NCBI GenBank assembly: GCA_025558095.1
Contig: JAIVFI010000041.1
Location: 124,001 to 188,000 of the forward strand
Length of the DNA stretch: 64,000 nucleotides
Source: Hyaloraphidium curvatum SAG 235-1
Lineage: Eukaryota; Fungi; Monoblepharomycota
Direction of reading: 5' to 3'
Shown here piece by piece: positions 22,974-35,519 of the stretch (within the stretch, counting starts at the first letter, position 1; each line of letters begins with the position of its first letter). The position numbers were made by a program, and so were the translations under genes. Below the pieces are notes generated by a model. It was not told the DNA's origin. It ran no database searches and saw only the letters and a program-made list of their open reading frames with translations.

Positions 22974-24409
22974 TCAGACCGTTGCGGGGCAAAAGCTCTC
23001 CATCGTCAAGCCCACGTTGAGGGCCCGCATGATGCTCCACAAAGCCACGGCCACCGTCAAGGCCGTTACCCACATCGTCCTGATCGTGCTAAAGGAAACG
23101 ACGAATCCAAAGAACCGGGAGCGGTAGTGCGCAATGTCCAGGAAGGTCGACACGGCGCGGTCGTGCAGAGCGAGTTCGTCGGCCAGAGGGCCCGCGCCGA
23201 CCCAGAGGGAGAGCGCACGGAGCTCCCGTTGTGCGTCGCGGTAGACCAATGCAATAGAATCAAGGAGGGCATTTCGGGCGGCAAGGTTGACGGCGTTCAA
23301 GGTGAAATAGTACGCGGCGTGGGCAAAAAGGGCAAGCTGCCACACAGCAATGCACCGCCCGACGGCCTAGGATTATGATAAGTTAATGGTTGAAAGCCCT
23401 GTCTTCCTCCACGAGTCCACGAGCACCTACCACGTATGTTATCATGGAAAAGACCATCACTGGCACCAGGATGAAGCCGTAAAGGCGGGACACGACAACG
23501 GAATCCTGCTGGCTTCTCGTACGGCACATGGCAGCGAAGCGGTAGTAGAGCCGCACGTACAGCCACGAGCGGAGCCGCGGTGGCGGATCTTCGTTGTCGG
23601 CAGCGGCACGGAAGCGCCCTAGAAGGTCGCTCATGGCCAGGCCCACAGCGCGGCATTGAAGCCGGCGCTCCAACATTGTGTACGCAACGTTGATGATAAA
23701 CACGGGTCTTCCGGATGCCAAACAGGTGTAATCGCTCCAAGCAATATGCCGTACCAAGACGACCAAATCACTCTTGTATAGGTGACCAGCGGTGTGTAGT
23801 CCAGTGCCACGAAAACGAGGAGCGTCAAGGGGATGTAGATGACCACATCGAGGAGTGAAAGCCATCCCGCCGCGTTCTGCACAGAACCGCAGCAGGCTCT
23901 GCACGGACAGGCTTTGTCCCCCGCCACGTGGTCCACGAGACTTGCACCCGAGCCTTTCGAGGAGTCGGCAGAAGTTGATCGAACGAGCCGTAGCCAGCGG
24001 CAGAGAGCTCCTGCAGCGCAGGACTCGAGGGAACCGTTGAGCAAGAAACTCGAACCCCACCATAGCTCGCTGGCAAAGTAGATAACCACGTTCCCTGGGA
24101 ACCGGCGAAGGGTACAATGGTCGCGAGAAGGGCAACGGCCACGGCTCCGCAGATTGCAAGCGCGGTGGCATAGAACCGTCCCGGAAACAAGGCGTGTACT
24201 TTCAGAGAGAGCCAAACAGCAACTCGCTCCGCGCCAGCTAGATCGCGCAGCACGCCGTCGGGTGTCAGCGGGTCCTCCGAGCGCGCTCCATCTTCCGGTG
24301 AGTCCGGCCCGGGCTCGTCCCCGAACGACGGAAGCACCTCGCTAGCAGGGGCGGGAAACAAGGCAAGCCATGCCTTGGCGTGGAAATCGGCATCTGTATC
24401 CTCAGCCAT
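22974..24409 (-). pseudogene. Multi-TM membrane protein (7TMIC/DUF3537-like C-terminus) apparently broken by two frameshifts
   Basis: Hydrophobic, protein-like translation switches frame near 24090 and 23730 with no recognisable intron. A GT-AG intron at about 23367-23431 leads to a last exon ending RFFGFVVSFSTIRTMWVTALTVAVALWSIMR. Sequencing error cannot be excluded. Confidence 0.5.
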
Positions 24410-24429
24410 GTGCAGAGATGGAACCAAGA

Positions 24430-25688
24430 TGGAACGCGCCTTGATGGAAGCTCCATCAATGGAAGCTCGTTCTGCTCCGATCTCCAGACCAGAAGCTGCG
24501 AACCAATACGGTGCCATGGAGGCCTCATTCGTCGAGTCTTGCCAGGAGGCTTGTCCCCGAAGAACGGCGCAGGACGCAGAGGGCGGAGAACCGGGAGATG
24601 CAGACTTGCGCCCGAGGCTGCCGCCGGAGCTCCTCGGAGCCGTCATGGAGCGCCTTGCGACGAGCGGGCGCAAGCGTACCCTGCTGCGCTTCATTCTGGC
24701 CAGCCGGCAATGTCAGGAGCTCGGCCTGCCCTCGCTCCTCCGGCAACTTGACCTTTCGGGCTGGGACGCAGCCTGGCTCATCGCCTTCTCGCGGGACGGC
24801 CTCGGCGCAAACAAATTCCGCCACATCAGGAGCCTGAAGGCCATGCTGGTGGACGAGGACGACTTCCTTTCCCTGCAGGAGACCCTCGAGTGGGGCAGCT
24901 CGTTCCTCGTCCTCTTGCGGCGCGTTTCCGCGACGCTTGCGAATCTGCACCTCGCTATCGTCAGCTCGGCCGTTGCGGCGCGCGCATGGGAGGCAGTGAG
25001 ATCGTTCGGAGCCCTGCGGACGCTGAACCTGGAGCTCCAGGGCCGTCCTCCGACAGAGCTCTCGAAAGGGCAGCTACCAAAGGACCTGAAGTCGCTCACC
25101 TTGATCAGTCGCGATGCCGAAGACGCGTTTGGTGCCCTGAGAATGATCCAAAAGAGCCACGAGTCTTTCGTGGATCTCCATCTGGCAGTCGCCCCTCTTG
25201 CCGCCGTCAACCTGATCGCTTCGGTGGTGCCCAAGATCAGGAGCGCCTCTGTCTTTTCGCACGAGGTCGAACTGCTCTCGAGGTACCCGGATTTTGCGCC
25301 GCACCAGTTGGCGGTCTCGTGTTCGGCCGAAGAGGATGGCTGGCTGCTCTTCAGATCCCTCTCCCGGATCCGCGGACTGCAGGACCTGTCGATCTGGTTC
25401 GCCTACCCGAACCTGCTGTCCGGGGCCGGCGACCTCGACATCCCCTTGCAGAAGCTCTCGTTCGAGTACCTGCGGGCACCGGCCGACGCGGACCTGGAGC
25501 AGGTGGAGCTGATCGCAGCCGGCCTGCGGGCCGTGGCCGCGCACGCGATCGTCGTGCGCGTCGGGATCAACTACGGCCGCGAGCCGATCGGGCGGGACTT
25601 TTGGAGGTCGCAGCCGCGGGTGCGGTACATCGAAGCGGACCGGCCGCACGTCTGGTGGATTCCGCCGGGGTCGCCGTTCACGAGATGA
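24430..25688 (+). CDS. Hypothetical F-box-like/LRR-like protein
   Basis: PRLPPELLGAVMERL...LLRFILASR followed by LxxLxL repeats (LRTLNLEL, LKSLTL, LQDLSI, LQKLSF). Start uncertain. Confidence 0.6.
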
Positions 25689-25733
25689 TGTCGCCCTGGA
25701 TTCACCAAAACAGCGCCCGTGCCCCGCGCGCCC

Positions 25734-26154
25734 TCACGCCCTTCCCGACACGATGTGCGAGATCTTCCCGTCCGCGTCGAAGCTGACCTCCGACTTGACC
25801 TTAACGGGAACCATCATCCATTTCACCTTGCCCGTCAGGACCACTTGCCCGCCGACCTCCTCCAGCTTCGCGTCCTGCCAAGGCCCGGACGGCGGGACGG
25901 TCGTGAGGTACTCTGCCGTCCGTCAGCGGGGAAGATGATCCGGCGGTCGTCAATCCCACTTTGGAACTCGTCCCTTCCGCGGAAGACGCCGTCCTTGGCG
26001 GACTCGAAAACGATGGCGTCGGACACGAGGCTCATGCACGCCACGGCGTCGTTGCTCGCCCGGCTATCGAAGTAGGCCTTGGCGATTTCCACTGGAAAGC
26101 GGGTTAAGGGCGGTTTCGTTGGTGGGGACGTTGCAGCGGACCTCGAGAGGTCAT
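25734..26154 (-). CDS. Small SnoaL/NTF2-like protein, 3 exons
   Basis: Spliced MTSRVEIAKAYFDSRASNDAVACMSLVSDAIVFES...FRGRDEF...EVSFDADGKISHI fits the SnoaL-like pattern. Confidence 0.65.
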
Positions 26155-26382
26155 TGTTGATGCGGTGACGTGGCACCGTGCGGGGAGAAGATCCCGAAGC
26201 TCGCGGGCACGATTGGCGAGGGACGGTTTCGACGGCACGAGTAAGAGGAATAGAGGTGTTTGGCGGCTCGATAGCCGCCGCCTAGGAGTAGCCGATGTAG
26301 AGGCCCGCGAAGTGTTTGAATGGGGGGCTGCAACCGAACTTGCCACACTCGGCTCCGCTCATCCGTCTCCCGTCTTCTCCCA

Positions 26383-27369
26383 ATGGCCGATACTCGGCGC
26401 GATGGGGCCGAGGCGGCCGCCGATTACGACGAGGAGCTCTTCCAGGCCACATCTCCCACGTTTTTCGCGTGGACGCCCGTCAACTACTTCACGCTCAAGC
26501 TCCGCGCGCTGATGGCCTACTTCAAGGGCCCTGCACCGGGAGCGCCGCCGGGCGTGACCACCAAGGCGATCAAGGAGGACGGCGCGGACATGCTGCTTCA
26601 CTTGCCCGAGAAGCCGTCGACGCCGAATCCTTCGCCCTGCATCGTGCACATCCATGGCGGCGGAGCGCTCACCGGCTCGCCCGAATCCTTTGCCGGCGCC
26701 GCCGGGGCCTATGCGCGCACCCTCGGCGTGCCCGTCTTTGCCTTCCGCTACCGCCTTTCCCAAAGCCACCCCTTCCCGGCGGCCCTGGACGACTGCGAAG
26801 CCGATTGGGACTACCTGATTGCCAATGCGGCCAAGTACAACGTCGACCCCGCCAGGATCGCCATCGTGGGCGACTCTGCGGGCGGCCTGTTCGCCGCCTC
26901 CCTGTGCCTGCGCCTCCGGGACCGCGGCAAGCGCCTGCCCCACGCCGTCCTGTACAACTACGCCATGCTCGACGACCGCACCGCCGCACGGGAGGACATG
27001 AAACGGGCCAAGCACCCGTACTGGAGCCACGCGTCCAACGTCTATGCCTGGGAGACCTACCTGAGACAGGCCCCCGGCCTCGCGAGCGTGCCGAAATACT
27101 CGGTGCCATCGCGTGAGGCGGATCTCCGCGGCATGCCTCGGTGCTGGATCGGCGTTGGCGCCGCCGACATCTTTGCCGACGAGGATGTCGAGTTTGCGCG
27201 CCGTCTCAGGGAACAGGGCGTCGAGGTGGAGCTGGAGGTGGTGCCCAAGGCTTTCCACCTGTTCGACGCCGCGAGGCATCCCGTGGCGAAGCGCTACAAC
27301 GGCATGAAGTATGATTACCTGACGCGGATGCTGGGCCTGCCCGCGGGGAAGGGGAAGTCGAAGCTGTAG
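26383..27369 (+). CDS. HSL-family alpha/beta hydrolase (esterase), intronless, C-terminal PTS1 (SKL)
   Basis: HIHGGG, YRLS..HPFPAALDD, GDSAGG, catalytic D and H (DIFADE, AFHLFD); ends in KSKL. Confidence 0.9.
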   Translation: MADTRRDGAEAAADYDEELFQATSPTFFAWTPVNYFTLKLRALMAYFKGPAPGAPPGVTTKAIKEDGADMLLHLPEKPSTPNPSPCIVHIHGGGALTGSPESFAGAAGAYARTLGVPVFAFRYRLSQSHPFPAALDDCEADWDYLIANAAKYNVDPARIAIVGDSAGGLFAASLCLRLRDRGKRLPHAVLYNYAMLDDRTAAREDMKRAKHPYWSHASNVYAWETYLRQAPGLASVPKYSVPSREADLRGMPRCWIGVGAADIFADEDVEFARRLREQGVEVELEVVPKAFHLFDAARHPVAKRYNGMKYDYLTRMLGLPAGKGKSKL

Positions 27370-27399
27370 GGCGAGTGAAGGATGGAACGGCATTGGAAT

Positions 27400-28796
27400 T
27401 CAAGCGAGTATGTTTGCGTACATCTGCGCCGCCTCTTCTCCTCCCACCACCTCCGCAAACAGCCCCTGCTTCTTCGCCGCATCCACGTAGCCCCTGATCC
27501 GGTCCTGCAGCTGCTCCCCCGACAGCTCCGTTCTCTTCCCCGTCAGCGGATCGCACGAAAAGTAGCCCCCGACGATCTTTCCCGGGTCCGACGTTGCGGC
27601 CCGGACGAACCGCGCCATCGAGGCGATCGACTCCCGGAACATGGTCTCCGGCCCCGCCAGCAGATGCGGATCATGCGGCATCTCCTCCCATATCTCGAGG
27701 ATGCAGCGGTCCCCGGCCGCGTTGCGCCGCAGCGCCAGCGCCCCGTCCTCGGCGAGCAACGTGTCGTGGCCGCCCGTGAGGACCCAGCTGGGGCACAGGC
27801 CCGGCTTGCGGTCCACGACGGGGGTGAAGTAGGGGGAGGAGGCGATCTGGGGATCGAAAGGGTAGGCGGTGCCGGCGTACGAGGTGGTTGAATCCCGGCA
27901 GGCTTTGTGCGTGAGGCAGCAGAGCGAGAAGGGCGAGGCGGGATCGAGGGAGCCGAGGAGCAGCGTGGGGGAATTCAATGACATGTCGACATCTAGGAGA
28001 GTTGGTGAGCTGGGACATTCGGGATGAGGCACGTACACCTACAGGGCGTGAGCGGGGCCAGGCCGGCCGGCATGGGCCACTTCATCTCCTTCCCGAAATC
28101 GCGAACGACCATGGCCGCAGCGAAACATAATCCCGCTCCAGCGGAATCACCCGTGAGCACGATCCGTGAGGCGGGCCATCCTTGCGAGACGGCGTAAAGG
28201 ATCGATGAGACAGCGTCCAAAACGGCCAGGGGGAACGGGTTCTCGGGCGCGAGGGCATAGTCCACGCTCATGACCGGGATCCCGTGGTCCTTGACGATTC
28301 TGTAAGGATATGCGCGCGAGCCTTGGGGGCTGCCGACGATGTAGCCGCCTGTCGATGCCCGGTAAGCCAAGGGAGACACTAGCGGCCGAGGAGAGTGCTC
28401 ACCGCCGTGGAACATGATAATCATCGGGCCTTCCTTATCCGGCCCTCCTTCCGGCGTGATCCATTCGGCCTCGAGCGGGGTCAACGCCCCCTTCCTCCCC
28501 AGCGACCCCGCCCAGAGCGCGTCCGGCACCCTCCTCGGATCGAGCCGCGGCACCGCGAACCTCTCCCCCACAACCACCCCCTCCGGCGGCGGCAGCACGT
28601 TCTCCTTCAGCGCGATCCTGATCGGCGGTATGTCCGCGTCGCGGAGCAGCGCCCTCAGCCCCGCCGCCATGGCGACCATCGCCGCGCCGTCCGCGGACCA
28701 CGACGCGGGCGGGGGGAACGTCCCCGCGTACGTCTCGAAGGGGGTGCCGATGCGGGAGCCGGGGGTCGCGGTGCCGAGGGCGGCTTCGATGCCCAT
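27400..28796 (-). CDS. HSL-family alpha/beta hydrolase, multi-exon
   Basis: FHGG|GY, DYALAPENPFP, GDSAGAGL, GGHDTL, EMPHD. Confidence 0.85.
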
Positions 28797-30749
28797 GGTG
28801 GGGCGCTCGCGGCGGGATGCGGGGCGTGAGGCGGGTGCGGTTCTGGTCTGGGAGAGGGCGAAAGTGCGGTGTGGCGGGCGGAGTTCAAAGGCGGACCGTC
28901 GCGTCCCCACGCATTCTGGCATCGGCGCAGGCAACAGCACACTTACCGAGGAATGAACTGGATAAAATGTATTTGGGCAGGTCGCGGCACGCTGGCGATG
29001 GATGTCACTGTGCTTGATACAAGGCTTCGAAGTCCCCTCTCCCCCAGAGACGCAATCGGAGGAAGGTAAGCTCGTGCTCGAGAAGCCTGCATCCACTACA
29101 AACACGCCCAGGAGCCAATGTCACGGCGGACGTCCTCCCGGGCCGAACTAAGGGGGGCCTCAGTTCGGCCCGAGGTGCGGAGATTCGCGTCTTCCGGGTC
29201 AGAGGCACTTCCGTCACCTGTGTCGGCTGCGGCCAGGCATTCCGGCACCCAGGAGATGCTGCCAGATGCCGGAAATGCCGCAGCCGCGCCCCAATGGAGC
29301 GGAAGCACTGTCCCGCAGCCCGCCATCCGCCCTTGCCCGTGCCGCCCACCTCCTCCACCGCCCTCCTCCGACCGCTGCATCCGTCCCCTTGCCACCCTAT
29401 CCCCTCCCCCGATCCGCGGAGCCCTTCCCGATCCGCGCAATCGCAGCCGCGCCACCTCCAGCCGACCATATTCACCCGCCCCCGTCGGCAGCGCCACACC
29501 TCCCCCGGCCGCACGGCCTCCCCCGGCCCTCCCCGCCCGGCGGGCGCCCCAGACGCGTGCGATAATGTTAGCCCGCCCTGTCCGCTGCCGCCGCGGGCGG
29601 CGCGCGCGGGGGAACGAAGGGCGGGGACGGACGAGTCACTCCGGGGACGTTCTCGACCGCGATGAGGGTCCCGACGAGGGCTCTCGCGAGCTTATCGGCC
29701 GGTCGGGGTAGCGCGGCGGAGCGCGCACGTGGGGCGGATCGGCGCTACACCTTGACCGCAATCATTTCCCGGACGGTTTCTCGCAGACCTTCCCGGTGCG
29801 TGCCGGTGTTGGGCGGGGTTCGGAGGTCGGGGGTCACCCGCCACACGCCGGCCCGCTTTGCCGACGAAACCCGGTCGGCACGACGTGAGAGCGGATCGGT
29901 GGGGCTGCCGGGGCAGGAAAAATTCGCGGTCGGGCGGGGGGGACACCGCGCGGCGATGGGATCGCGCGGGTGAGGGGACCGACCGGCCGGTGAGGATCGA
30001 GGCGGGCGGAGAATTTTGTGCAGTCGGATCTGATCACTACTGGCACATTGCGGAGCCGCGGTTGCGAGTCCCGGTGTCCAGTGCTGGCATTCAGATCCAT
30101 CCGATGCGAGTCAAAATCACCGCTCCCGCGCTGCCGCGCCGGTAGCAGCTGAACCTGAACCCTGTGTGCCCTTGCGACGATTACAGCATCAGCCTGGAGC
30201 CCAGTTGATCCGCCTCTGAACAACCATGCTGACGGTCCGTCAACGAGAGGCGGTCGATGTTCCGGTGGTCGGAAGGCGGCGGGGACCGGTCAGCACGTCA
30301 CCCCCGCCCGGAACCACCGGCCCGGCGACGGCCGTGCGGGGCGAGCGTGGTTGCCTGGCGGAAGGGCGGGAAGTGGGGCGAAGCCGGCGGGGCGTGCAAC
30401 AGGGAAGGAGAGGTGGATGGCCGCGCGGCGGATGACATTGAGGACGCCGGTCCTTGAAGTTCGTCGATTGCTCATCGCCGGGTTGGGACCCGAAAGCTGA
30501 CGGGCCGTGGCAAACGTCCCCCGACGGGCCACCCCACTTGACGAGGGCGCGAAAATACCAGCGACTCTCGAGCTCAGTTGTGGAGATGGATTGAGTCGGA
30601 ACTTCGCCCGCTGGCGGCCGCGAAGGTCTCAAGCAGTCGGCGACGCAATTTTGAGGATGCCTGGCTGGCGGCTGGTGGTCCAGAGGGAAGTTCGGTTCCC
30701 CTGGCCCTGCGTCACAATCTTCCCGACACCTCCCACCGCACTTCTCCCG

Positions 30750-32309
30750 ATGGCGGCGCCGCGGTGCCCGCCGTCCCCGCCGCCGTCCCCGCCGCGGTCG
30801 CCGCGCTCCCCGCCGCCGCCGCGGCCGGCGTTCCACCGCGTCGGCGCATGGCTCGTCGCCCCCGAGCCGATGGGGTCGGGCTCGTTTGCCGCGGTGCGGC
30901 CCGCGTTCCACGCGTCCACGGGTGCGCCGGCGGTGTGCAAGACGACGACGTTCTCGCGGTCGCGGCGCGCGGCGCGCAAGCAGGTGGGCGCGGCCACCCC
31001 CGCCGGCCCGCCGCGCTGACTCGCCCCGCAGCGCCTGTGCGTCCTCCGCGAGATGGCCACGCTGGCCGCGCTGGCGCACCCGAACATCGTGCGGATATAC
31101 GACGCCGTGTGGACAGACGCCGCAGTGCACCTCTTCATGGAGCGCGTCGACGGCGTCGAGCTGTTCGAGTACCTGCGCCAGGACGGCCGCGGCGGCCGCG
31201 TGCCCGAGGACGACGCCCGCGTGGTCACCGTGCAGTGCCTGAACGCGCTGCAGCACATGCACGACCGCCGCGTGCTGCACCGCGACGTCAAGCTCGACAA
31301 CATCATGGTCGTGGTGAGTTCCCCCGTCGCCCCTCCTTCGCACCGGACCTGACGCCTCCCCGCCCCCCTGCCGCAGCCCCCGCTCACGCTCACGAACCCC
31401 AACCCGTTCCCGCTGGTCAAGATAATCGACTTCAACCTCTCGGCCTTCTACCACCCCGCATACCCGGCCCACGAGACGTGCGGCTGCATCCACTACACCT
31501 CGCCCTGGATCTGCGGCACCGCCGTCGCCGCCGCCGCCTTTGCCCAGGCACCGGACCGCAACAGGCCGCACGGCCTGGCCCCCGCCACGCTGGGCGTGGC
31601 CAGCGACGTCTGGGCGCTGGCCGTCTCCGTCTTTGGCGCCCTGCAGGGCTACTTCCCCTTCCGCGCCCTCACCGTCGAGGCCCTCTCCGCCGAGATCGCC
31701 TGCCTCTCCGCCTCCCCCATCGGCTCCCGCCTGACCTACCCGCACGCCGTCTCCTCCGCCGCGCGGCACTTCCTGGAGACCGGCATGGACCCGCTCTGCC
31801 CCACCACCGCCCACAACCTCCTGCAGCACCCCTGGCTCGCCCCCATCGACGCCCTCGCCGCCGCGTACCCCATTCTGTCGCGGGAGCGCTCCCCAGTCGC
31901 GGGACGGCACCACCTCTCCTCCCCCTGGGACTCGATCGTCCCCCCCGACGCGTGCGACGACTCGTGGTACCCCCTCTCCCTGCTCATCTCGCGCAACCGC
32001 TCGATGCCGCAGTCCCATGCGGACGCCCTCCGCAGGGAGGAAGAGCGCTCCATGGAGCGGTGCTGCGGCGCCCTGTCGCTCGCGGCGGAGCGCCTGGCCG
32101 CCCTCCGCGGCCCGGCGCTCCCGCGGATCGACGCCGCGGGGTACCCCAGCCCCACCGAGCCGCACGCGGTGCCGCGCCCCGCGGGTCCGACGGACCCGCA
32201 GGGGGGCTGGTTCCCCGCGTGCGCGACCCCGGATTCGGGGTACGCCTCGGCGTGCTCGTCGGCGGACTTTAGTGCGGCGGGGAATGCGTCGCTGCCGGCT
32301 CCCGCATGA
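30750..32309 (+). CDS. Ser/Thr protein kinase (CAMK-like) with atypical DFN and SPW motifs, 3 exons
   Basis: MGSGSFAAV, AVCK, HPNIVRIYD, HRDVKLDNIM, KIIDFNLS, GCIHYTSPW, SDVWALAV, LLQHPWL. Confidence 0.85.
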
Positions 32310-32616
32310 ACGTGCGTGCGGATACGATATGTAGCTATGGACATGACTCTGCGCAGGTGGATGGAAGGGCAGGGGGGGCTGAGGTGCACGCGGCGGGCGG
32401 CCGACGGACTGCGGCTTGAAACACTACAAGTGGACTCATCCAAAGAACTGATTCAATACAATGTGTTCATTATGCAAAGATCTATTGCTTTCGGTGCGGC
32501 TGCGGCGTGCGTGCGTGCTACTGGTGCCCAAGAAGCCCCGACGAGTCCGCGACTACGGCTACGCTTCATCCTGCGACAAGCCATCCATTAGGAGCGCCAT
32601 TATCGCCCAAGAGGTC

Positions 32617-33531
32617 TCACCCACCGGCTTTGGGTCCCCTCCTGGCCCGCCGCAGCGTCCTCTCGCTCACGGCCATGAAGGATGTGCTCCTCACCGCCGG
32701 GTACCCCGGCACCCGCGCCTCCAGCAGGTACTCCCACGTCCTCCGATTCCTCCGATCACGCCCGTGCACCAGCGCGTTCGGGAAGCGGAGCCTGACGGCG
32801 AGCACCCGCGACGCCGCCCCGTCTTCCCACCGCTCCGACTCCCCGACCAACTCGATCGTCGACGCCGCGACGGGAAGCTCCTCGCCCGCGCCTTGGGTGC
32901 GCCTTGCGACGGCCGAATACACGATTCCGGCCACGTGCACGGGGCCGGCCGCGTGGGGGAGGGCGATCTCGGTTTCGATGGTGACGTCGCCGGGCGACTC
33001 GTACCGCACGGCGCGGTGGTGCTGGCCCGCGATCAGCCGCAAGAGCACGGAGCGGAGCCGACCCGTCCAGCTCCCCCCGACTGGTGGGCCGGCCGGCGCA
33101 TGCGCGGTACGTGCGGGAGGATTCGTGGCCCGCGGAAGGCCCGGAGCGCGACGGTCGACGCCTCGCTCGGGGACCCGCCGCTGGCCTCGAAGCCCCGCGC
33201 ACGCACCGCCCATGCGGCGGCCGCGGACACCTGCCGCCGGAAGCGGACCGCCACCAACTTGCACGGTGCCGATTCCCAGGCTCAGCACGGGGCCCGTGGC
33301 GGGCTGCGGCACGGGCGCGGGAGGGAGGCCGGCGAAGCCCTGCGCGAGGAGCTGCGCGGGGTGCAGCTCCGGCCCCGCGGCTTCCGTGAAGTTGAAGAGC
33401 TCCTGGGTGTCGAATACGTCGCCGATGTGCGGCTGCTGCTGGAGCTCTGAGCCGGACATTTTCTCCTCCGCTTGCGATGAATCGGCTCGCGTCGATTTGT
33501 TGACGTCCGCAAAAGGAGATGATTCGTCCAT
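32617..33531 (-). CDS. Hypothetical protein
   Basis: 304-aa ORF with a natural-looking N-terminus and a beta-rich C-terminal half. No family recognised. Confidence 0.5.
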   Translation of the reverse strand: MDESSPFADVNKSTRADSSQAEEKMSGSELQQQPHIGDVFDTQELFNFTEAAGPELHPAQLLAQGFAGLPPAPVPQPATGPVLSLGIGTVQVGGGPLPAAGVRGRRMGGACAGLRGQRRVPERGVDRRAPGLPRATNPPARTAHAPAGPPVGGSWTGRLRSVLLRLIAGQHHRAVRYESPGDVTIETEIALPHAAGPVHVAGIVYSAVARRTQGAGEELPVAASTIELVGESERWEDGAASRVLAVRLRFPNALVHGRDRRNRRTWEYLLEARVPGYPAVRSTSFMAVSERTLRRARRGPKAGG

Positions 33532-33857
33532 CGACTGCCCATCCGCACGAGATCAACACGGTGTGAGCATTACTTCAGCTTCGTACAGTTGATGATGCGG
33601 ATCTGCCTACTCGGGGCTTCGGAAGTGTTGTGCTGAAGAACTGGTTCGGGTCAGTTGTCGGAGCAGCGTCTCCTCAAACCATCCAGGAAACGATGGCGAA
33701 AACTGCCTTAAAGGCTCGAAGATATCGTTTGATGGAGCCTGTATTGACGTCTCGGCTGCCGCCGAGCATGGTTCAATCGACTTTTGGGCCCGTCGTCCCT
33801 CCATTCGCTTCCACCACATCCCCCCCGGCCCGAGCACCGAGCGACCCCGTTGCCGCG

Positions 33858-35519
33858 ATGTCGGAAGCCGCCGCCGCGCCTGCCATCGAAGGCATCGTGC
33901 CCATCGACCCCGCTCCGGCGCCCGAAGCCGCGGACGGCGCGACTCGGCGCTCGACGCGCGTGCGCAAAGCCCCCGAACACTTCGACGCCGAGGCCCTGCA
34001 GAGGCCCACGCGGAAGCGCAGGTTGGCCGCTGCCGGGGGGAACGAAAGTGGCGGTGGGCAGGAGGAGGGCGGGGAGGCCAAGAGGCGGCGCACGGCGGCA
34101 AAGGGCAAGGGCAAGCCCGTCAAGTCGGAGCCGAGCATCAAGGACGAGGAGGACGTCAAGATCAAGGTCGAGAAGAGCGACGACGAGGGCGATGCGGAGG
34201 AGAGCATGGAAGAAGCGCAGCCCGGGGAGCCCGAGGAACCGGAGTCCGAGGAGGAGTGGGACTCGGACGCTCCGAGCCGGCGCCGGAGCGGCCGCGGCCG
34301 GGGACGCGGACGGGGCGGGGCGCGCGGCGGCAGGGCTGCGCGCCAGCCGCGCCAGAAGCATCCTTGGGAACTGCTTCCGGTGGCCGCGACGCCCGGGGCG
34401 GTCAGGGAGACGTTCGACAACACGAGGCCAAACGGCTACGTTTACTTCCATTCGGGTGAGGATCCGGTACTTGCGCTCTTCATTTATGCCCAAGCGCTGA
34501 TGTTGTTTTTCAGGCAACCAGTTTATGACCCTGAACTGCAAGAAGGCGAGCCTTGCGTCCGGCCGAGAGTGCGTTTCTTTTTCTCGTCGCCCTTTCCCCA
34601 CGAGACTGACTCTAGCGCCTCCTGACTAGCTTCTATGAACACAGATATTGGGACCGCGTGGGAGGCCGATACTTCCCCAAGACGACCGGCTATAGGTGGG
34701 TTCATTCTATTCATCGATGCCTCAATTCCAAGTGCTAACAATGTGCACATCTAGCTGCCCCACGGACGTGTACAACGCCATCGTCGCGAAGCAGCAGTAC
34801 ACGCAGGAGAAGCGGGCGGCCAGCTCGGAGAAACGCGAGGACAGGCTGCTCGAGGAGGCCGAAGCCGCGATGGACAGGCTGTTCCCAAGCATCCCGGCCG
34901 ACGACAGGCAGGCGATCCTGGATCGGGCGTTCGAGAAGGGCTCGGGGAGGATCGGACGGTGGGCGGCGATCATCGTCTGACCCGTTTCTCGCGCCAATTT
35001 GCTTTTACCGTATCTAGGAAAGCGGGCTTCAGCATGGACGAGAAGATCCTCCTCGCGAGCCGCGCGCACATCCGGTACCAGCACACGGATTTTGAGGACG
35101 TGCTCGAGCGCATCAAGGATGGGTACCGCAACATGGGCGAGCGTTGGGATCGGCACGAAGTGTACGACGAAGCCGTGGCCGAGGTTGACGGCGAGGTCGA
35201 CGAAGTCGTCAGGCTGTGGAGGGCTCCGAGGGCGGCGGCTCCGCTCGTGGCGGCATTGCCGGCACAGCGCACGCCCCAGCAGGCCCCGCTCGGTGCGCCT
35301 TCGGCTGTGTCTCCTGCTCCGGGTGCCGCGAAAGTCGAGGAGTGGGAGGCCAAGGACGTGAAGAAGCTCGACCCGAAGGACGAGCTCAAGCTCGAGCCCG
35401 CGGAGGTTCCCTCGATCGAGGCCCGGGTTGGGAAGGCGGAGCCCTCATCGGAGGTCGCCGTCAAGAAGGAGCCCGCAGTCCCGGTGGTCAAGGTCGAAAA
35501 GGACGACAGGATGGAGTAG
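33858..35519 (+). CDS. DUF2293 domain protein, multi-exon, with a low-complexity charged N-terminus
   Basis: LFPSIP..D...IL..AFEKGSGRIGR ... LASRAHIRYQHTDFE ... VDEVVRLWR matches the fungal DUF2293 pattern. Confidence 0.8.

Noticed and set aside
28900-30700. Long intergenic stretch checked for RNA genes, repeats or a transposon
   Set aside because: No tRNA cloverleaf, terminal repeats, transposase motifs or convincing ORF seen; probably divergent promoter and UTR sequence.
30240-32165. 641-aa minus-strand ORF
   Set aside because: Antisense to the kinase gene.
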